A stretch of 63,978 nt of DNA, the filler included. It is 8 parts of 8 records of this genome, joined end to end, with 100 filler letters (N's around TTAATTAATTAA, not from the genome) between each part and the next. Parts side by side here need not be neighbours in the genome. Positions count along the whole stretch, not along the records: positions 1 to 9,986 come from SRR31147125_15739; positions 10,087 to 20,333 come from SRR31147125_15766; 6 more parts are not named here. One strand, given 5' to 3'. The position numbers were made by a program, and so were the translations under genes. Shown here in pieces: positions 1 through 11,136 of this stretch. Each line of letters begins with the position of its first letter. Positions within the stretch are counted from its first letter, which is position 1. The notes below the pieces were generated by a model. It searched no databases and had not been told where the DNA came from. It worked only from the letters and a program-made list of their open reading frames with translations.

Positions 1-2
1 TA

Positions 3-377
3 GGGGACGGATACGCAGCTCATAATGACATCACTGGCATTGAAGAGGCGGCCTGGCTGTTTGATAATTTATGGTCAGCCGGCAATAGCACGGATCAGAA
101 TGCAGCATTGCAGATGGTCATATGGAAATCCATTTACGGCAATGACTTTAGTGTTTCAGCCAATACCGATGACAATATTGAGTATTGGTACGACATATGG
201 GACGATAATTTAGGCAAAGGCTATGCGTACTCCGGTACCGGATACCGGGTCCTGGACTTTACTGACGACAGCTTTCAGAATATCATCGTCCAAACCATTC
301 CTGTGCCGGCGTCAATAACACTGCTTGGTGCAGGCGTTCTGCTGCTGGGCGCGTTAAGACGGAATAGTCCTGCTTGA
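3..377 (+). CDS. PEP-CTERM/VPLPA-CTERM sorting-domain surface protein (5' truncated)
   Basis: Frame is open from the window start. C-terminus IPVPASITLLGAGVLLLGALRR = sorting motif + TM helix + basic residues; lies upstream of an EPS cluster. Confidence 0.8.
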   Translation, partial: GDGYAAHNDITGIEEAAWLFDNLWSAGNSTDQNAALQMVIWKSIYGNDFSVSANTDDNIEYWYDIWDDNLGKGYAYSGTGYRVLDFTDDSFQNIIVQTIPVPASITLLGAGVLLLGALRRNSPA

Positions 378-413
378 TTCACTTTTTCCATCCCTTCTGA
401 AGCTGTTTACATG

Positions 414-445
414 GCAGAGAGGTCGCTCTACCTCTCTGCTTTATC
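414..445 (+). terminator. Rho-independent terminator
   Basis: Perfect 10-bp stem GCAGAGAGGT/ACCTCTCTGC followed by a T-rich tail, just after the stop codon. Confidence 0.65.
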
Positions 446-480
446 ATTTTTAGCGCAGATGCATCAAACACCACCATTCA

Positions 481-2313
481 ATGACGCCAACCCCATTACA
501 TATCAAGCTTAAAAACGCTGCCCGAATCGACCGGGCATTGGCATTTGTATGGCAGGCCGCCCCGTTTCATACCCTGTTTTCCGGCATGGCTCTAATCCTT
601 TTGGGCACGCTTCCCCTAATTTCCCTATATATGGTCAAACTCATCATTGATGAAGCCAGTCAACTGATTCACAGCGCGCCCCATGCTTGGACCGATCCCA
701 GGCTAACACAAATCTTTTTCTACATCGGCATTGCCTGCGGTATTGGGCTGTTAACGGCCCTTTTCGGTTTCCTGGCCGATTACCTTAAAAAAGCCCAGTC
801 TGCGACTGTCAGCGACCACATGTTTTCCATGATCCATAAAAAAGCCTGCCAGATGGACCTGGCATTTTTTGAATCTCCCCAATACCGAGACACCTTGTTC
901 AGGGCCCAGAGGGAAGGCCCGTACAGGCCCACAAGCATTGTCAACGGCCTGTACGCCACCTGTCAAAGCGGCATCTCTTTTATCGCAGTGGTTTGGCTTT
1001 TATTCCTGTTTAACCCGGTTCTTCCATTGATCCTGGTTTTAGCGGCCCTGCCCGGTATGCTCCTCCGCTTGAAAACCTCCGGGGAAATCTATACCTGGCA
1101 GGAGAAAAAAACCGAAGACGAACGCCGGGCGTACTATTTTCACTGGATGCTTACCGGTGACACCTATGCCAAGGAATTTCGTTTTTTCAATTTAGGGCAA
1201 CATTTTATCGACCAGTTCAATGCCATCCGGAAAATCTTAAAAAACGAAAAAATGGGGCTTGAAAAGCGAAGAGCCATGGCTGACTTCATTGCCCAGACCA
1301 GTGCAACCCTTTGTGTTTTTGCCTCCCTTGCTTATATTGCCTTCAAAACAGTTCAGGGGCAGATATCACTGGGTGATATGGTCATGTATTTTCAGGCCTT
1401 CCAAAGGGGATTGGGATTCCTGAGAACCTTTATGGAAAGCGGGGCTCAGATGTATGAAGACAATCTTTTTTTATCCCACCTCTATGATTTTCTTGAAGCG
1501 GAACCCAAGATTCAAGGTCCGGCTCAGCCCACCCGGGTGCCCGTGCCGCCCCAAACAGGTATCAGATTTAACAATGTGGAATTTAATTATCCAAATTGTG
1601 GAAAAAAAGTAATAAATCATGTAAATTTTTCAATAGGACCTGGGGAAATTGTAGCATTAGCCGGGGAAAACGGATCCGGAAAAACCACCCTTGCAAAACT
1701 ATTGGCCCGGCTCTATGATCCGGTTGACGGAAGCATCACCCTGGACGGAATTGACATCAAAAAATTTGACCCGGACAAATACCGGGAAAATATAAGCATG
1801 GTTTTTCAAGACTTTAATCACTACCACTTATCTGCGGCTGAAAATATTTTTATCGGGCACCTCCCAAATAAAAACAAACAAAACCGGATCAAACAGGCAG
1901 CCCGGAAAAGCGGCATAGATCAGGTTATCACCACTCTGGGCTCAGGGTATGAGACCATTCTGGGCCGCTGGTTTAAAAAAGGGGAAGAACTGAGCACGGG
2001 GCAATGGCAGATGCTGGCTATCTCCAGAGCGTTGTTCAGGGATGCACCGATTGTTATTTTTGACGAGCCTTCCTCTGCCCTTGATCCGGATATCGAAGCC
2101 CGAATCTTCGCAGGCCTGAGAACGCTTCTCCAGGGTCGTTCCGCATTGATCATCAGCCATCGTTATTCTACAGTTAAAATGGCAGACAAAATCCTCATGA
2201 TGGATAAAGGGGCCATTATTGAACAGGGTTCCCATGATCAATTATTAAAGAATTACGGGAAATACGCCAGGCTTTTCAAGAACCAGGCAAATGCTTATAC
2301 AAAAAAAATCTAA
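481..2313 (+). CDS. ABC transporter ATP-binding/permease (MdlB-like exporter)
   Basis: N-terminal TM helices, Walker A GENGSGKT, signature LSTGQWQ, Walker B IVIFDEP, ISHR switch. Confidence 0.93.
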   Translation: MTPTPLHIKLKNAARIDRALAFVWQAAPFHTLFSGMALILLGTLPLISLYMVKLIIDEASQLIHSAPHAWTDPRLTQIFFYIGIACGIGLLTALFGFLADYLKKAQSATVSDHMFSMIHKKACQMDLAFFESPQYRDTLFRAQREGPYRPTSIVNGLYATCQSGISFIAVVWLLFLFNPVLPLILVLAALPGMLLRLKTSGEIYTWQEKKTEDERRAYYFHWMLTGDTYAKEFRFFNLGQHFIDQFNAIRKILKNEKMGLEKRRAMADFIAQTSATLCVFASLAYIAFKTVQGQISLGDMVMYFQAFQRGLGFLRTFMESGAQMYEDNLFLSHLYDFLEAEPKIQGPAQPTRVPVPPQTGIRFNNVEFNYPNCGKKVINHVNFSIGPGEIVALAGENGSGKTTLAKLLARLYDPVDGSITLDGIDIKKFDPDKYRENISMVFQDFNHYHLSAAENIFIGHLPNKNKQNRIKQAARKSGIDQVITTLGSGYETILGRWFKKGEELSTGQWQMLAISRALFRDAPIVIFDEPSSALDPDIEARIFAGLRTLLQGRSALIISHRYSTVKMADKILMMDKGAIIEQGSHDQLLKNYGKYARLFKNQANAYTKKI

Positions 2314-2326
2314 AGAGGGATATAAC

Positions 2327-2708
2327 TTGAAAAAAGAAATTGCGATCGGTTTCAAATTCCAGGGAGCACTCTTTATTACAAGCAAAGAAAGCTTCTCCTC
2401 TTTTGGAAGCAATTTGGCATAGACCACTTTCCCTTGATCAATCTCAGCAAGGGGGGGCTAATTTCCTATGCCAGGAGCGCTTGGAACCAGGGAAAAATAT
2501 CATTGTAAAATTAAATATTCCCGATATTGAAAACAACTTTGAACTTAAGGCCAGGATCAGATGGATTTCAAAAAATCCTGAACAGAGCTATCGATATCAG
2601 ACAGGGATTTCCTTTAATTCTTATGGGGAAAGAAAAAATCAAAACCCGCTTGCAGCATTATCATTTCTCCAAAGGCTTGAAAGAAAAATCGGCATACATG
2701 TTGCATAA
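2327..2708 (+). CDS. PilZ domain protein (two apparent homopolymer frameshifts near the 5' end)
   Basis: Adding one A (2330-2335) and one G (2451-2457) gives MKKRNCDRFQIP...INLSKGGANFLC, with the RxxxR and NxSxGG c-di-GMP motifs. C-terminal ARIRW...GISF also fits PilZ. Confidence 0.7.
2689..2706 (+). promoter_or_regulatory. Putative sigma-54 (-24/-12) promoter
   Basis: TCGGCATACATGTTGCAT has GG-N10-GC spacing, about 75 nt upstream of ATG 2781. Confidence 0.5.
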
Positions 2709-2780
2709 CAATATGCACATTGAATGAGATATTCGAATCTGTCATTGATGTACAGGTTCATTTTAGGAATGAGGGAAAGT

Positions 2781-3323
2781 ATGAAAAAAGCAATTAAGTT
2801 GTTTCTAATATTAATCATTGCCCCCATGTTCATTTCCCAAGGGTTTGCCCAGGACTCAAAAAAAACCGAATGGGAACTGGTGTTTCTTAAAGATCTGGAA
2901 AAAATACGCAGGCCCCAGAAAACAGACGGTCTCGGATATACCCTCAGTGAAGAGGAAGCCCTTGAAAAGGCCATTAAAACAGCCATGGATAATAAAGCGC
3001 CTGCCTGTGAAGCTCTGAGGATTGCAGTGGACCGAAATTTTAATCCCTATGATATTTTAACGGGTATATTTAAGGCCGAGGCAAAGGTCGATTTAAACCA
3101 ACTCTGCATGTGCGCCACAGAAACCGGTGATATTAAATTGCCCAAAAGTCTCATGGCCCAGGCGGCCAATGCAGCAGCAGATACAGGCCTGATCAACCGG
3201 GAAGAGGTCACCCAGGCACAATGCCTTCAGCAGGGCTTGGGATTTACGCCAGAAGAAACCGCACTGGAAAGGGGAGACAGAAAAGAAAAGGAAGATCCCT
3301 ATTCAAAGTCCGCCCCGGGGTAG
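2781..3323 (+). CDS. Secreted hypothetical protein, four Cys
   Basis: GAGGGA RBS before ATG 2781; signal peptide MKKAIKLFLILIIAPMFISQGFA. Confidence 0.7.
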   Translation: MKKAIKLFLILIIAPMFISQGFAQDSKKTEWELVFLKDLEKIRRPQKTDGLGYTLSEEEALEKAIKTAMDNKAPACEALRIAVDRNFNPYDILTGIFKAEAKVDLNQLCMCATETGDIKLPKSLMAQAANAAADTGLINREEVTQAQCLQQGLGFTPEETALERGDRKEKEDPYSKSAPG

Positions 3324-3534
3324 TCACATCCCCTTTACCCAGATCAAATTTCAAAATCGAGTCCAAATCCTTGTATTTCAATCTTTACAGGGTTTTGGGC
3401 TTGACAATTTAACATATTTTTAATTAAGTGGGGGGTAATTCAAGGTCCGCCCAAAACAGAGGTTTGATTGGGTTACCCTGATTTTCCATCATTGCTGCAT
3501 GAATGACATTTAAGCCTCATAGGGAGAATAAAAG

Positions 3535-4866
3535 ATGAAAATACACATATGGTTCAATCGTTTATTCTGTCTGCTCGGCTTTCTTTCTATGATCACCACA
3601 GCCGGCTTTGCAGCGGATATCCCTGTGGGCCAGACCCCAGGCTCCCCAGAGGATGTTCCCATTGGACAGCCCCAGGGCAGACCAGTGGGGGATGATGGAA
3701 TCAAATCCGATATTTTCGGCAAAGAAGGCGGCATTCTCCATCCCTTTCTCATGATCGAAGAAAGATGGACAGACAACCTTTTCATCACTGAATCAAATAA
3801 AAAATCGGATATCGTCACCACCATCGCTCCCGGCCTGTGGCTGGCGTTTCCGGCCAACCGGGAAAAGCTGTTGTCCATTGATACCCAAACCACATCCCCA
3901 GGGGGGCTCCGGGTCAACCGGATAAAGCCCGAGGCCGCCCGCAGGTTCCAGACCTATGCCCTCTACTCTCCTGAACTGGTCCTTTATGGGTCCAATTCCA
4001 AGCATGACCATTATAATCATGATGCAGAAGCCCTTTTCCAATATAATATGAACATGGGGCTCTCCTTTGACCTGATTAATCTATTTAAAGACCGTGAAGA
4101 AATCAGCGGCAACGGGATAACAGACACGCTCTACAGATACCAGAGCAATCTTGTTGATTTCATCGCCACCTACGAGCCGTCGGAACGCCTCAAGCTGAGA
4201 TTTGACTATTCCAATTATTACCTGAATTATAAAGAAGACATCAATCAATACAGGGACAGGATGGATAACTCCTTTGGGATTTATCTCTTTTACAAATTCT
4301 GGCCAAAGACATCTCTCTTTGTTCAGTACGACCTGGCAGATATTGACTTTGACACGAACAATGCCTTTGACAGCAAGGAATACCGCTACTACGCCGGTGT
4401 CAACTGGGCCATAACCGCCAAAACCCGTGGCAGTTTCAAACTGGGGTATATGGATAAAAATTTTGACTCGTCCCTTGTGGAGGACCAGGACGGGGTATCA
4501 TTTGAACTCCAGGGACAGCACAACCTGAGCGCCAAGCGGGCCATTCAGGTCAATGCATTTCGAAAATTCAATGAATCCAACACCTCTGACGCATCAAGTT
4601 TCTACGCCACAGGCCTGGATATCGGACTTTTGCACAGGTTTAATGAAAAATGGTCCGGCACCCTGAACCTCCTTGTGGAAATAGATGAATACAACGGCAT
4701 TGACAGGGATGATGATTATTTCAGCATCGGTCCGTCTGTCCGTTACAAACCCAAAGAATGGCTGATTGTCGACTTTTCCTATTTCTGGTCCATGAACGAC
4801 TCCAACATCCAAATCTATGATTATACCGGCCATGAATTCATATTACGCGCAACATTCTCCATGTAA
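3535..4866 (+). CDS. Outer-membrane beta-barrel protein of EPS export (BBP2/DUF2320-like)
   Basis: Signal peptide, alternating aromatic beta-strand pattern, located directly upstream of wza/wzc. Confidence 0.8.
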   Translation: MKIHIWFNRLFCLLGFLSMITTAGFAADIPVGQTPGSPEDVPIGQPQGRPVGDDGIKSDIFGKEGGILHPFLMIEERWTDNLFITESNKKSDIVTTIAPGLWLAFPANREKLLSIDTQTTSPGGLRVNRIKPEAARRFQTYALYSPELVLYGSNSKHDHYNHDAEALFQYNMNMGLSFDLINLFKDREEISGNGITDTLYRYQSNLVDFIATYEPSERLKLRFDYSNYYLNYKEDINQYRDRMDNSFGIYLFYKFWPKTSLFVQYDLADIDFDTNNAFDSKEYRYYAGVNWAITAKTRGSFKLGYMDKNFDSSLVEDQDGVSFELQGQHNLSAKRAIQVNAFRKFNESNTSDASSFYATGLDIGLLHRFNEKWSGTLNLLVEIDEYNGIDRDDDYFSIGPSVRYKPKEWLIVDFSYFWSMNDSNIQIYDYTGHEFILRATFSM

Positions 4867-4876
4867 TCCATTAAAA

Positions 4877-5671
4877 ATGTTCCTATCCCCGGGCAGATTA
4901 TGTTTAATTATGATACTGCTCTTACAGGCGTTTCCCTTGTATGCAGAGGAATATACTGTGGGAGAAGGTGATGTGCTCGAGATAAAAGTCTATGAGAATG
5001 AGGATCTGGAAACCATTGCAAGGGTGTCCTCAGATGGCACCATCCGGATTCCCCTGATCGGGGAAATCACGGTCAAAAGTATGACCGTATCCCAGGTATC
5101 CACCAGGATAGAAAGCCTCCTGGCAGACGGATACCTCATAGATCCCCAAGTGGATGTTTTTATCAAGGAGCATCGAAGCAAACAGGCCATCATCCTGGGA
5201 CAGATCAGAAATCCCGGCCAATACGAACTCAGGGGGGAAATAAGTCTTCTTGAATTCATTTCAAAGGCCGGCGGGCTCACTGATGACGCAGGCAGCACAG
5301 CCATTATCAAACGGATCGATACAACGGAAAACAATAAAAACAAAATCGTTATTGACCTGGAAAAACTGATCAAACAGGGAGATATTTCCCTAAACATCAA
5401 TATCCGTGACAATGACAGCATCTATATCTCAAAGGCGAAAACCTATTATGTTTCCGGAGAGGTTAAAAAACCCGATTCCTATAAATATGAACCTGATGTG
5501 ACCGTAATCAAGGCCATTACCAAAGCCGGCGGATTTTCAAAAATCGCAGCCAAGGACAAGGTCACCATCATTAGAATCATAAACGGTGAAAAAAAATTAT
5601 TTGAAAAAGTGAACATGGACGAACCAGTGCTGCCTGATGATGTCATTGTTGTTCCTGAAAGCTTATGGTAA
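4877..5671 (+). CDS. wza: Polysaccharide export protein (Poly_export + 2 SLBB domains)
   Basis: EYTVGEGDVLEIKVY...DGTIRIPLIG, then SLBB repeats GQIRNPGQY and GEVKKPDSY. Start codon uncertain. Confidence 0.88.
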   Translation: MFLSPGRLCLIMILLLQAFPLYAEEYTVGEGDVLEIKVYENEDLETIARVSSDGTIRIPLIGEITVKSMTVSQVSTRIESLLADGYLIDPQVDVFIKEHRSKQAIILGQIRNPGQYELRGEISLLEFISKAGGLTDDAGSTAIIKRIDTTENNKNKIVIDLEKLIKQGDISLNINIRDNDSIYISKAKTYYVSGEVKKPDSYKYEPDVTVIKAITKAGGFSKIAAKDKVTIIRIINGEKKLFEKVNMDEPVLPDDVIVVPESLW

Positions 5672-5674
5672 ATC

Positions 5675-7849
5675 ATGGTTGAAAAAGAAATCCACCTGAG
5701 GGATTACCTGAATGTCCTGAAAAAAGAAAGGCAACCATCTCTACCTTCTTTATCCTCACCTTTCTCACCGTGGTGATTGTCACCTATACGGCCACCCCTT
5801 TATACAGGGCCGCCACCAAGGTGATGATCGAAAGAAATACCTCGGGCGCCCTGACCAGTTCCTACCAGTATACCCCCTATGATCCGGAATTTCTGGAAAC
5901 CCAGTATCAATTGATCAAAAGCGCGGCCGTGGTTGAAAAGGTGGTCAAACACCTGGATCCGGAAAAAATCTATGATCTCATTTTCCACGGGGAAGAGGAT
6001 TCTTCCTATCTGAGCGGGGTAAAAAACTGGCTGAAAGACCAGATCGGGGCGATTAAACAGATGGCCGGCCTGGAAAAACTTTCCACCGGACCGGACGGCG
6101 CAGAAAGCCCCGTAGAACTCAGGATACCGCCCACCAAGGCCAAATTGCTCCAGGGCTTCATCAAGGCCGGCATCCTGGCCGAACCGGTAAAGAACTCCCG
6201 GGTGGTTGAAATCAGCTTCATGTCAGACAACCCTGCCGTGGCAAGTAAAATTGTCAACTCCATTGCACAGGCCTATATCAACGAACTGGTTGAAATGCAG
6301 ATGGAGGTCTCAGGATATAGTATCGGCTGGATGAAAAAAATCAGAGATCCAGCGGACAAAGCTTGAAGAGTCGGAAAAACTCCTCCATGATTACAAACGG
6401 AAACATGATATCGTTACCATAGAAGACCGTTTGACCGTGCTGCCGGAAAGGCTCTCCGCCCTTTCAAGGGACCTGACCAAGGCTGAAACCCGGCGAAAAG
6501 AACTCTCAGCCGTATACAATCAGATCAAAAACATCCCAAAGAATAAACTGGAAACCATTCCTGCCATCGTCGAAAACACAGCTGTTGGCTCCATCGACAA
6601 AGCCATCCTGGAGGCCGAGCAGAAGATCTCGGAGCTGTCTAAAAAATACGGGTATAAGCATCCCCGGATGATTTCGGCGAAAAATGAGCTGGCCGCCCTC
6701 AAAACCAAAAAGCGAACGGAATTGGGGAAAGCCGTCCAGACCATCAAAAATGAATACCAGCTTGCCGTTTCCAATGAACGCGATTTAAAAGAACTCCTGG
6801 AGCAGACCAAATTCCAGGCATCCAAACTGGGTGAAAAATCCATTCAGCTGGAGATCCTCAAAAGAAGAGTGGATACCAATCGGTTCCTGTATGAGGCCTT
6901 GATCAAAAAAATGAAGGAAAAAGGCATCACAGAACAAAACCAGTCCGTAAATGTATGGGTGATCGAAAAGGCCCAGATCCCCGAATTTCCGGCCTCACCC
7001 CGGAAAAAGCGCAATATTCTTTTAGGGCTCGTCCTCGGATTATTCGGAGGTATCGGCCTGGCCTTTTTCCTCGAATACCTGGATAATACCGTCAAGACCC
7101 CGGAGGATGTGGAAGAAAACTTTAATATTCCTGTGATTGCCACCATTGACCTGTTTGAGGACAAAAAGCATACCATTGTGGACACTGTTTTAAGGGAATC
7201 TACTTCTATCACGGCAGAGGCGTTTAAAAGCCTTCGGACATCGGTCTTTCTCTCCTCTGCGGACACCCCGCCAAATAGTCTTCTGATCACCAGCATGGTG
7301 CCTGAAGAAGGCAAATCTTCGGTCTGCACCTGCCTGGGACTTACCATTGCCCAGGCAGGCAAAAAAGTACTCATCATTGATGCAGACATGCGGCGGCCCA
7401 CCCAGCATAAAAACTTTTCCATTGAAAACCGGAACGGGTTAAGCGCCATTCTGGCCGGAATGATCGAAAACAGGGAAGATATGATTGTCCGGCACAGCGA
7501 AAATCTTGACATTCTTCCGTCCGGCCTCATTCCCCCCAACCCCTCCGAACTTTTGAGTTCTGAAAAATTTACCCTGTTGCTGAACAATGCTGCAAGATCA
7601 TATGACATGGTCCTCATTGACACCCCCCTGGGCAGTGTTACAGATCCTTTGATTATGAGCAAGCAGGTGGACGGTGTGATTATTGTGACCTGGGCCGGTA
7701 AAACAACCCATGAGATTCTGAACAAAGGCATAAAACAGCTGGAAGAGGTTTCCGCACCCATCACCGGCCTGGTCCTGAATCGATTCAACGCCAAAAAGAG
7801 CGGATACTATTATAACTACGGGGATTATTACTACTCATCAGACACCTGA
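5675..7849 (+). CDS. wzc: Polysaccharide co-polymerase / tyrosine autokinase (GumC/Wzc), split by two poly-A indels
   Basis: MVEKEIHLRDYLNVLKK start; frames rejoin at A-runs near 5720-5725 and 6334-6340. PRKKRN-TM, EAFKSLRT, Walker EEGKSS, DADMRRP, and C-terminal Tyr cluster GYYYNYGDYYY. Confidence 0.9.
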
Positions 7850-7854
7850 CCCCC

Positions 7855-9986
7855 ATGTCTTATTCAAAATTCATTCTTTTATTCCTACTTGTATTTACCC
7901 CACTGGCGTTCGGCACGGTGGAGCCCTGGTCCTATGCCCTGATGGAAATCCTTGCCGGTGCGGGGATCCTGGCTTTTCTCACTGCCTTAGTCCGGAAAAA
8001 AACCGGACTCCATGAGATCCCGGGCCTGAACTTTCTGGTATTGTTTCTGGGGTATCATCTTTTCCAAATTATCCCCTTCCCCCGTCTATGGTTGAATGGC
8101 TTTCCCCCAATGCCCATATCATCCAGAAAAATGCATTTGCCCTGACAGAATCCTCCGGCTGGATGCGCCTTTCCCTGAACCCCGGCGCCACTTTGAGTGA
8201 ATTTTTCAGATACGGCACCTATGTAGTGGTCTATATGCTCACCGTCCAGTTGTTAAAGGAAAGAGACTATCTCCAGATCAGTGTATTCACCATTGCCATA
8301 TTCGGGGGGATTCTGGCCTTCTCATCCATTCTCCAATTCTACCTGACAACCGACATGGCCCTCTGGTTCAGGCATTCGCCCAACAATTCCATCATTATGG
8401 GCCCCTATGTCAACCACAACCACTATGCCGGGCTCATGGAGATGATATTTCCCATTGTCCTGGCCCTTTTCTTTTTTACCGGCCCAGGCGGGCCGGTCAC
8501 CACGGCTCCCTTATCCGGGGAATCGTTGAAATCCTGAACCAGGAAAAAGCCAATATCCATATTCTAATCGGCGCCTCAGCCCTGATCATCATCGTTTCCA
8601 TCTTTGTCAGCCTGTCCAGGGGCGCCATGATCAGCATATCCCTGTCCCTGATTCTATTTTCTTTTCTCCTGCTGCAGAGACGGATCAGCAAAAGCAACAC
8701 CATATTGCTCATGGGCCTGGTAATGGCGGCAGGCCTGGCGGTTTCCTGGTTCGGGTGGGACCAGATCATTGACCGGTTCGCCCGGCTCAAAAACGCTCAC
8801 GGTATCATCCATGAAGGTCGCCTGGATTTCTGGAAAGATACCATCATATATATCCGGGAGTTTTCTTTGACCGGATCGGGCATGGGTACCTTTATCCATA
8901 CGTATCCGTCTTACAAATCCTTAATTGACCAACGCACCCTGACCCATGCCCACAATGATTACCTGGAGCTTTTCGCCGAAGGGGGTATCATCGGAGTGTG
9001 CATCATGGCAGGGTTTTTGATCACCCTGTTTATAAAAACCTATCCCGTGTTTAAAACCCGGAGGGACGGATTTTCCATCTATATCTACATGGGAAGTCTG
9101 ACCGCCATGGTCTCCATATTGCTGCACAGCATAACCGATTTTAACATGCACATCGGCGCCAACGGGTTATGGTTCTTTTTTACGGCAGGGCTTGCCGTAT
9201 CGGCCGCCAATACCAATATCCGCAGGAAAACCACATTGACCCGCCTGAAACCGGTCTCTTCTACATTTAAAATAAAGACATTCATATTCACAGGCAGCCT
9301 CTTTGGGGTCAGCGCCATCCTCTTTAATATTTCAGGGCTTATGGCCTCCCTCTATTTCAATACCATTAAAGATGTTGAAATGAACCGTCAGACAGACCCG
9401 GCTATCCTTGAAAAAGTCCAGTTAGCCTCGGACACCACCTTGAAATTCAACCCCCTCCATGCAGAGGCATACTATCTTAAGGCCAATGCAGCATGGCTGG
9501 CCCGGAATACAGATCTTGCAGAAGATAACTTTAAAGCAGCCATTTGTATTGATCCCCTGAACTATAGATACCTGAAACGGTACGGCACCTTTCTGGCCCT
9601 CCAGGATCCGGGGCCCAAAGCCGGAGAGGCGTTTCGTTTAAGCACCCGCTATGCCCCCACCCTGGCGGAGTACGCCTTTAAATACGGAAGCTGGCTATTG
9701 TCTGAAGATCAAAAAAAACTGGGTATGGAATGGATGGAAAAAACCCTGGAACTGGATGAAAATTATTCGGACAGGGCCTTGTCCGCCATGATCCTGTCCG
9801 GGCTGAATATTGATGAAATCAGAACGGCCATCCCTGACAGCCCAGGTGCGCTTCTCAGCTTTTCAGAATTCCTCTATACCATTGGAAAACAAAGCCAGGC
9901 TGTCCAAATGCATATGAATGCCCTGGACCTGATCCAGAAAACCGATAGAAAGGCCAGCAACCTCTACTATAAAATCTATGGCTTTT
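7855..9986 (+). CDS. O-antigen ligase/Wzy-family membrane protein with C-terminal TPR-like region (two apparent indels, 3' truncated)
   Basis: PLAFGTV start, GPYVNHNHYAG, SLSRGA and HAHNDYLE motifs; frames rejoin at C/T runs near 8075 and 8470. Confidence 0.85.
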
Positions 9987-10086
9987 NNNNNNNNNNNNNN
10001 NNNNNNNNNNNNNNNNNNNNNNNNNNNNNNTTAATTAATTAANNNNNNNNNNNNNNNNNNNNNNNNNNNNNNNNNNNNNNNNNNNN
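9987..10086. other. Artificial contig linker
   Basis: N44-TTAATTAATTAA-N44 (stops in all six frames); abrupt GC drop after it. Confidence 0.98.
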
Positions 10087-11084
10087 AAATTTTTCTCTGA
10101 AATAAATGCATCTATTAACTCTTGTCCAAAACTTTGAAAGTTCTTTTCTTTTGATATAATCAGTTCACTAATTTGTTTTGTTTTTTCATTAATAATTAGT
10201 GTATTACTGCATTTTTCTAGAAATCCTAAAATTTGATTGTTTTCATATCCCCAATACTTTTGTACCTTCTTAGGTTTTGCCATATTTTTAAACCAGGGTG
10301 GTGTAATAAAATTTATTTTCAAAGAAGAGATATTTAAGATTTGAAATTTGTCACTAAATATATTCTTTAAGTTATGATTATCATATATAAATGCAATAAT
10401 TATAAACCATTTACTCAATTCTAAATCAAAATTAATCATTTTTGGAATTTGTGAAATCTCATTTCTTTCTCTTAAATCTCTATAAAATTTATCTTCGAAA
10501 CCTATAAATATTTCCGTTAATCTATTATTCATTCCAGAATAATAAAGATATGTATTTTTAAAAATTTTCTTTAAAGCAACAGGCTTTAAGAAAGGATTCT
10601 CATTTACTCTCTTTTCCCACTCTTCTGTTAATTTTTTAACTTTTGTTGCCATAGGTGAATCTAAACCTTTAAAATCAAAGAAATAAATATTTCCATCTAC
10701 ATCTTCACTTTCTAATTCATAAGAAAACATATTTTTTATATACGTTTGAAATTCTTTGTTTATTTTATTCTTCTCTCTCTCGAAATCTTTGTCTAATTTT
10801 GACTCTTCATTTTTCTTATATTCTTTTGTTACTTTTTCCGTTATTTCTAGTTTTGAGATTTCTAATTTCTGTTCCCCTATTAATTGATTCATTCTATCTA
10901 CTTGTTCATCAGCAACTATAAAATAATATAGAGTTCTCATAATCATTGATAACGCCTCATAAAAATTTGATTTACCACTACCATTGTTACCAATAATTAT
11001 ACTCAGTGGAGATTTTGTATCAAAATTTATTTCAAAATCTTTTAGATTCTTATATTCACTTATCCATATTCTTTTTATCCTCAT
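10087..11084 (-). CDS. Restriction-system-associated ABC/AAA ATPase (3' truncated)
   Basis: MRIKRIWISEYKNLKDFEINF..., Walker A GNNGSGKSN, YYSG motif; GGGAGG RBS; directly downstream of hsdS. Confidence 0.8.
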
Positions 11085-11136
11085 ATTCCCTCCCTATAAA
11101 CTCAAGGACGCACTCTCGCACGTCCTTCATTATCTT

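Noticed and set aside
481..2313. RiPP/lasso peptide exporter marking a peptide biosynthetic cluster
   Set aside because: No precursor, peptidase, cyclase or PqqD-like gene on this contig.
6844..7794. 316-aa antisense ORF inside wzc, and similar long shadow ORFs (22168-22986, 28162-28884, 62859-63584)
   Set aside because: They fully overlap well-supported genes on the opposite strand and have no recognisable motifs.
5675..9986. Phase variation or pseudogenisation of wzc and the O-antigen ligase
   Set aside because: Runs are short (4-7 nt) and the same kind of indel hits unrelated genes in several contigs, so sequencing error is more parsimonious; not excluded without reads.
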